From an uncultured Spirochaetota bacterium (lineage in GTDB: Bacteria > Spirochaetota > B62-G9 > CAZFGQ01): a DNA stretch of 64,000 nucleotides. The translations under genes were made by a program, and so were the position numbers. Shown here piece after piece: positions 60,003-64,000 of the stretch. The stretch is taken from positions 2,365 through 66,364 of the forward strand of contig CAZFGQ010000008.1 of NCBI GenBank assembly GCA_964518675.1, given 5' to 3'. The notes under the pieces were generated by a model. It saw only the letters and a program-made list of their open reading frames with translations, did no database searches and had not been told where the DNA came from. Every line of letters starts with the position of its first letter. The first letter of the stretch is position 1.

Positions 60003-60815
60003 ATGCCTGAGGGTTCACCTAACATCCCTTTTAATATACCATGGGAAACTGCAATTGTTACGGGAGGGGGTCAGGGACTTGGAGAAGCCATATGCCATTC
60101 ACTTGCTCAACAGGGTCTTAAAGTGACAGTGGCAGATATCAACGAAAAAAATGCAGAAAAAGTAGCAGGTGACCTGAAAAAGAAATACAATGTTGATACG
60201 CTATCGGTAAAATCTGACGTTACGAAAGAAGAAGATGTGGTAAAGATGGTAGAAGAAACGGTTAAAAAATTCGGAAAACTCGATGTCATGGTGAGCAATG
60301 CGGGAATTCTTATTTCACACGAGATCACAGAGTTTCCACTGGAAGAGTTTAAAAGGATTATCGATGTAAATCTAACCGGATACTTTCTCTGCGCTAGGGA
60401 AGCAGCAAGAGTGATGAAAAAGCAGGGTGGAGGTGTCATAATCCAGATTAATTCAAAGTCGGGCAAAAAGGGCAGCTACAAAAACTGTGCTTACTCGGCA
60501 TCAAAGTTTGGCGGTATAGGCCTGACCCAGAGCATAGCACTTGACCTTGCCCCCTACAACATAAGGGTAAATGCCATATGCCCTGGAAACTTACTTGATT
60601 CACCTCTGTGGGTTAAAAGCCTTTTCAAACAGTACGCTAAAAAATGGGGGATCAGTGAGGAAGAGGTAAGAAAAAAATATATAGACCAGGTACCCCTTAA
60701 AAGAGGGTGCAGGTATGAGGATGTAACCTCTATTCTGTTATTTTTAATTTCAGATGGCGCAAGCTACATGACCGGACAGGCCATAAATGTTACCGGTGGT
60801 CAGGAAATGCGCTAA
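60003..60815 (+). CDS. srlD: SrlD-like short-chain dehydrogenase (sorbitol-6-phosphate 2-dehydrogenase family)
   Basis: TGGGQGLG cofactor motif. VNLTGYFLCAREAARVM, IIQINSKSGKKGS..YSASKFGGIGLTQSIALDLA and YIDQVPLKRGCRYEDV closely follow enterobacterial SrlD/GutD. Start is set at the ATG preceded by GGAGGT (60003), not at 59979. Confidence 0.65.
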   Translation: MPEGSPNIPFNIPWETAIVTGGGQGLGEAICHSLAQQGLKVTVADINEKNAEKVAGDLKKKYNVDTLSVKSDVTKEEDVVKMVEETVKKFGKLDVMVSNAGILISHEITEFPLEEFKRIIDVNLTGYFLCAREAARVMKKQGGGVIIQINSKSGKKGSYKNCAYSASKFGGIGLTQSIALDLAPYNIRVNAICPGNLLDSPLWVKSLFKQYAKKWGISEEEVRKKYIDQVPLKRGCRYEDVTSILLFLISDGASYMTGQAINVTGGQEMR

Positions 60816-60858
60816 CAATAAAACAATCTCAATACAGTAAAATTAAGGAATAAATGGG

Positions 60859-62670
60859 ATGATAAAGGTTAGATTTGAACCAGATGGAAAAGTTGTTGAA
60901 ATAAACCCGGGAACAACAATATATGAAGCCCTGAATAAAGCGGGAATACCTATCAGATCTGATTGCGGTGGCAGGGGCATGTGCATGAAATGCCTTGTTA
61001 AAATAATCGATGGGAAATTCGAAGGAGAGAAGGTTGATGGAGATTATTACCTTGCATGCAAAACAAGACTTATGGGGGACAGCACAGTAGAAATCCCCGA
61101 AATTAGCAGAACAGGCGAGCAGAGAATTCTTACTGAGGGGATCACTTTAGAACTTAAAATAAATCCCCGAATAAAAAAGTACTTCTCCAGCATTCCTGAA
61201 CCAACACTCGAAGATCAACGGTTCGATGTTGATAGAATAATAACCGAGTTCAGCGGTATTGTTCAAAAACCAAAGTTAAATCACAACACTATCAGGAACA
61301 TTCCAAACACATTGCGGGAATCAAAATACAAAATAACAGGTGTTTTTAGTGAAGAGGAACTCCTGGATATTGAAGCTGGAAATACCACATCTACGACATA
61401 CGGGCTTGCCGTTGATATTGGTACAACCACCGTCGTAGGATACCTTATGGATCTTAATACAGGAGAACAGATTGCCGTAGCTTCAAAAACGAATCCGCAA
61501 ACGAGCTACGGTGACGATGTTATATCCAGGATAAACCTCACCATAACAAATAAAGATGGAATTAATATACTCCACGAAGCCATCATCGATTGCATAAATG
61601 GAATAATCAAAGAGCTATGCCTCAAGACTGGAGTTAAAAAGAGCCATATCTATGAAGCAGTTTTTACAGGCAACACAACCATGACTCACCTGTTTTTGAA
61701 AATTAACCCCAAATTCCTGGCTTTAAATCCTTACGTGGGGGTTGTAAGAGAAGAAGTAAGCGGGAGGGCAGAGGACATTGGCCTTGATATAAATCCAAAT
61801 GGGATATTCAGAAGCATGCCAAATATAGGAGGTTTTGTTGGCGGAGATACGGTGGGTGTAATCCTTGCCTCTTCGCTCTACAGAGAGGAAAAAATTAGAT
61901 TTGCAATAGATATAGGCACCAACGGTGAGCTTGTCCTGGGAAACAATAAAAGGATATTTGCATGCAGTACCGCTGCTGGACCGGCGTTTGAGGGAGCAAG
62001 AATAACATTTGGAATGAGGGCAACAGAGGGAGCAATTGAAAAAATTGAGATAAATAATGGGAGTGTAACATACAAAACAATTGGAGATACTCCCCCCGTT
62101 GGACTATGCGGGACGGGTCTGATAGAAGCAATAGCAGAACTCAGAAAGATTGGCATTATAGACTACAAGGGAAGAATAATGAGGCCTGATGAACTACCCA
62201 ATATACATGATGAGCTGAAAGCGAGGATAATTGAACATCCAAAATACGGTCTATGCTTTATTATCGCAAAAAAAGAGGAATCGGGTAGAGAGGAAGAAAT
62301 ACTTCTCACACAAAAGGATGTGAGAGAAACACAGCTTGCAAAGGGTGCAATTATGGCTGGCTTTAACATACTGAAAAAGAAACTGGGATTGCTGGACAAA
62401 GACATTGACGAAATACTTATAGCAGGAGCATTTGGTAACTATATCGATCCAAAAAAAGCGAGATCGATAGGCCTGTTGCCGGATTTCCCCGATGGAAAAA
62501 TGAGGTTCATAGGAAATGCAGCAGGCACGGGAGCTAAAATTGTGCTACTATCAGAGGAGGCAAGACGTGATGCAGCCAGAATATCGGGGATTACCAAACA
62601 CATAGAGCTTGCCGTTTCTCAGGACTTTTATAAAGAGTTTTCAGACGCAATGTACTTTCCCGATATTTAG
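60859..62670 (+). CDS. RACo-like protein: N-terminal plant-type [2Fe-2S] ferredoxin domain + ASKHA ATPase (COG3894/DUF4445), orphan
   Basis: Ferredoxin cysteines SDCGGRGMCMKC...LAC. ASKHA phosphate-1 motif LAVDIGTTTVVGYLMDL and further actin-fold motifs (IDIGTNGELVLG). Size of 603 aa is typical of corrinoid reductive activases. Confidence 0.65.
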   Translation: MIKVRFEPDGKVVEINPGTTIYEALNKAGIPIRSDCGGRGMCMKCLVKIIDGKFEGEKVDGDYYLACKTRLMGDSTVEIPEISRTGEQRILTEGITLELKINPRIKKYFSSIPEPTLEDQRFDVDRIITEFSGIVQKPKLNHNTIRNIPNTLRESKYKITGVFSEEELLDIEAGNTTSTTYGLAVDIGTTTVVGYLMDLNTGEQIAVASKTNPQTSYGDDVISRINLTITNKDGINILHEAIIDCINGIIKELCLKTGVKKSHIYEAVFTGNTTMTHLFLKINPKFLALNPYVGVVREEVSGRAEDIGLDINPNGIFRSMPNIGGFVGGDTVGVILASSLYREEKIRFAIDIGTNGELVLGNNKRIFACSTAAGPAFEGARITFGMRATEGAIEKIEINNGSVTYKTIGDTPPVGLCGTGLIEAIAELRKIGIIDYKGRIMRPDELPNIHDELKARIIEHPKYGLCFIIAKKEESGREEEILLTQKDVRETQLAKGAIMAGFNILKKKLGLLDKDIDEILIAGAFGNYIDPKKARSIGLLPDFPDGKMRFIGNAAGTGAKIVLLSEEARRDAARISGITKHIELAVSQDFYKEFSDAMYFPDI

Positions 62671-62838
62671 AACGAATGTCGAGTTTTCCAAAAAATAGAA
62701 ATCCGAATGCAAAGTAGAACTAAAAATGTCGTAGTGCCGGCGAACTTCGAACAATTTAAATCAATATTTTTTGATTTCTCTATCCTGTATTAATAATTTG
62801 CGTTTCATAATGAAAACTCGAAGTTCGCCCTATTTAAA
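62662..62838 (+). repeat. dispersed intergenic repeat, copy D (full length)
   Basis: See copy A. It begins at the stop codon of the RACo-like gene and ends about 60 bp before the 3' end of rpe (convergent genes). Confidence 0.85.
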
Positions 62839-62901
62839 ACTCAACACCTTCCTGGGTAAACCGAGGTTCCCATTTCTCAGATCATTTCAATTCAACCTAA
62901 T

Positions 62902-63573
62902 CTAACCATCAGTCCCTCCAATAATACGCTTGAATCTCTTTATCGCCTCCTCAAGGTCCTGTCCATCTGCAAATATCGATGAAGTACCGGCAACAAATAT
63001 ATCTGCCCCGGCATCCATCATCACAGGGAGATTCTTCCAGCTAACATTTCCATCAACCTCAATTTCCAGGTTAAACCTTTTATCTTTTACAATACCAGCA
63101 GTTTCTTTAATCTTATCTATGCAAAAGGGCAGCAGCTTCTGGCCCGAATATCCGGGATTAACAGTCATGATGCATACCATATCTAACTGCGGAAAAAGAT
63201 GAACAAAGTTAGAAACGGGCAGTGCGGGGTCAATCGCTATACCTGCTCTGCACCCCGAGTTTTTTATTATCTCTATTGTGCGTATTGGATGATAATCTAC
63301 CTCCGGATGAAATGAAATAATTGAACCTTTGAATCTCGAAAAAATCTCTGCAAAAAATAGGGGTTTTTCAACCATGAGATGGATATCAAGCGGTATACTT
63401 GTATTCTCATACAGCGCTTTGCAAAAATCAACACCGAAGGTAAGGTTTGGAACATAGTGACCATCCATAATATCTATATGCAGATAATCCACACCGGTTT
63501 TCTCAAATATCTCAATTACCCGACCCAGATTCATAAAATCAGCACACATCATAGAAGGAGAAATTTTACCCAT
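62902..63573 (-). CDS. rpe: ribulose-phosphate 3-epimerase family protein (Rpe/AlsE-like)
   Basis: ISPSMMCADFMNLG...HIDIMDGHYVPNLTFG and C-terminal phosphate-binding motifs. Confidence 0.8.
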   Translation of the reverse strand: MGKISPSMMCADFMNLGRVIEIFEKTGVDYLHIDIMDGHYVPNLTFGVDFCKALYENTSIPLDIHLMVEKPLFFAEIFSRFKGSIISFHPEVDYHPIRTIEIIKNSGCRAGIAIDPALPVSNFVHLFPQLDMVCIMTVNPGYSGQKLLPFCIDKIKETAGIVKDKRFNLEIEVDGNVSWKNLPVMMDAGADIFVAGTSSIFADGQDLEEAIKRFKRIIGGTDG

Positions 63574-63596
63574 TTTTCAACCTCCAGACCTTAACT

Positions 63597-64000
63597 CTAT
63601 TCCCACGGCTTTACAATAACTTTCAGGCCTTCCCTCGATTCATGGTACCTGAACGCCTCCTTTATCTCACTAAGGGGGTATCTCTTTGAAATGTACCATT
63701 CAGCATGTACTTTCTTCCGTGCTATAAGATCTACAGCCTTTTCATGGTGCCTCGGAAGTGAACCATGACTGCCCATTACAAAACATTCTTTATAGTGAAT
63801 AAGATTTGAATCAATACAGAGCTTCGGCTGGTTTTTTAATCCACCAAAGAGGTTCACATAACCCCTATGGCGCACAATATGAATCGCATCCTCATGAGCC
63901 TTGACAGTTCCCGCGGCTGTAATGACAAGATCAACCCCCTCTCCATCGGTTTCTCTCATAACCGTTTCCACAATGTCTTCATCCTCCGTGCATATAAACC
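63597..64000 (-). CDS. Zn-dependent alcohol/polyol dehydrogenase (MDR), C-terminal portion; gene continues past the window end
   Basis: The in-frame upstream extension reads ...EDEDI-ETVMRETDGEGVDLVITAAGTVKAHEDAIHIVRHRGYVNLFGG..., i.e. the cofactor-domain end of an MDR protein. The annotated GTG start at 63971 is probably not the true start. Confidence 0.7.
   Translation of the reverse strand, partial: FICTEDEDIVETVMRETDGEGVDLVITAAGTVKAHEDAIHIVRHRGYVNLFGGLKNQPKLCIDSNLIHYKECFVMGSHGSLPRHHEKAVDLIARKKVHAEWYISKRYPLSEIKEAFRYHESREGLKVIVKPWE

Noticed and set aside
1-64000. CRISPR arrays, tRNA/rRNA genes, transposases, integrases, prophage or toxin-antitoxin genes.
   Set aside because: None found on reading all intergenic regions and ORF translations. 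The only tandem repeat is the 2 x 24 bp duplication. The only mobile-like signal is the MITE-like repeat family reported above.

Overview
AT-rich (roughly mid-30s % GC) bacterial chromosomal segment, mostly housekeeping genes. A diderm host is likely (Lnt, SurA-like PPIase, TatA, SPOR protein), but I cannot assign a taxon. All calls below rest on motif recognition in the supplied translations; no database search was run.

Layout by region:
- 0.2-10.7 kb: mutS, a TPR/SPOR protein, miaB, a capD-like gene, a DUF1848 gene and metG.
- 10.8-24.4 kb: a minus-strand polyol/sugar catabolic locus. It has a ROK regulator, an amino-acid permease fused to tandem Usp domains, a two-permease/ATPase/SBP sugar ABC transporter, a Gfo/Idh/MocA oxidoreductase, a TIM-barrel sugar-phosphate isomerase, a Zn-ADH and an FGGY kinase.
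- 24.5-33.6 kb: a DinG-family helicase with an N-terminal RadC-like JAB domain, then a map-archease-rtcB-asnS-M23 peptidase-PNP operon-like run.
- 33.6-41 kb: a signalling block. It contains bactofilin, a PilZ protein, a GAF-GAF-class III cyclase-HD-GYP protein whose HD motif is degenerate, a STAS antagonist and a fused RsbW-kinase/RsbU-PP2C membrane protein.
- 41-52 kb: TPR protein, nusB, SurA-like PPIase, murI, metK, a second bactofilin, lnt, HU, rpsT and uvrC.
- 52.5-62.7 kb: a more accessory-looking block. It has a COG1470/NEW3-like membrane protein with an ABC/ABC-2 pair, tatA with a Q/P-rich tail, a receiver-GAF-HD-GYP regulator, an atypical long MDR dehydrogenase, an SrlD-like SDR and an orphan RACo-like [2Fe-2S]/ASKHA protein. 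rpe and a partial Zn-ADH follow.

The most striking non-genic signal is a dispersed intergenic repeat family of about 130-180 bp, present in four copies (two per orientation). It has a conserved ~100 nt core, a CCGG-centred palindrome and inverted termini. I found no rRNA, tRNA, CRISPR, transposase or integrase.
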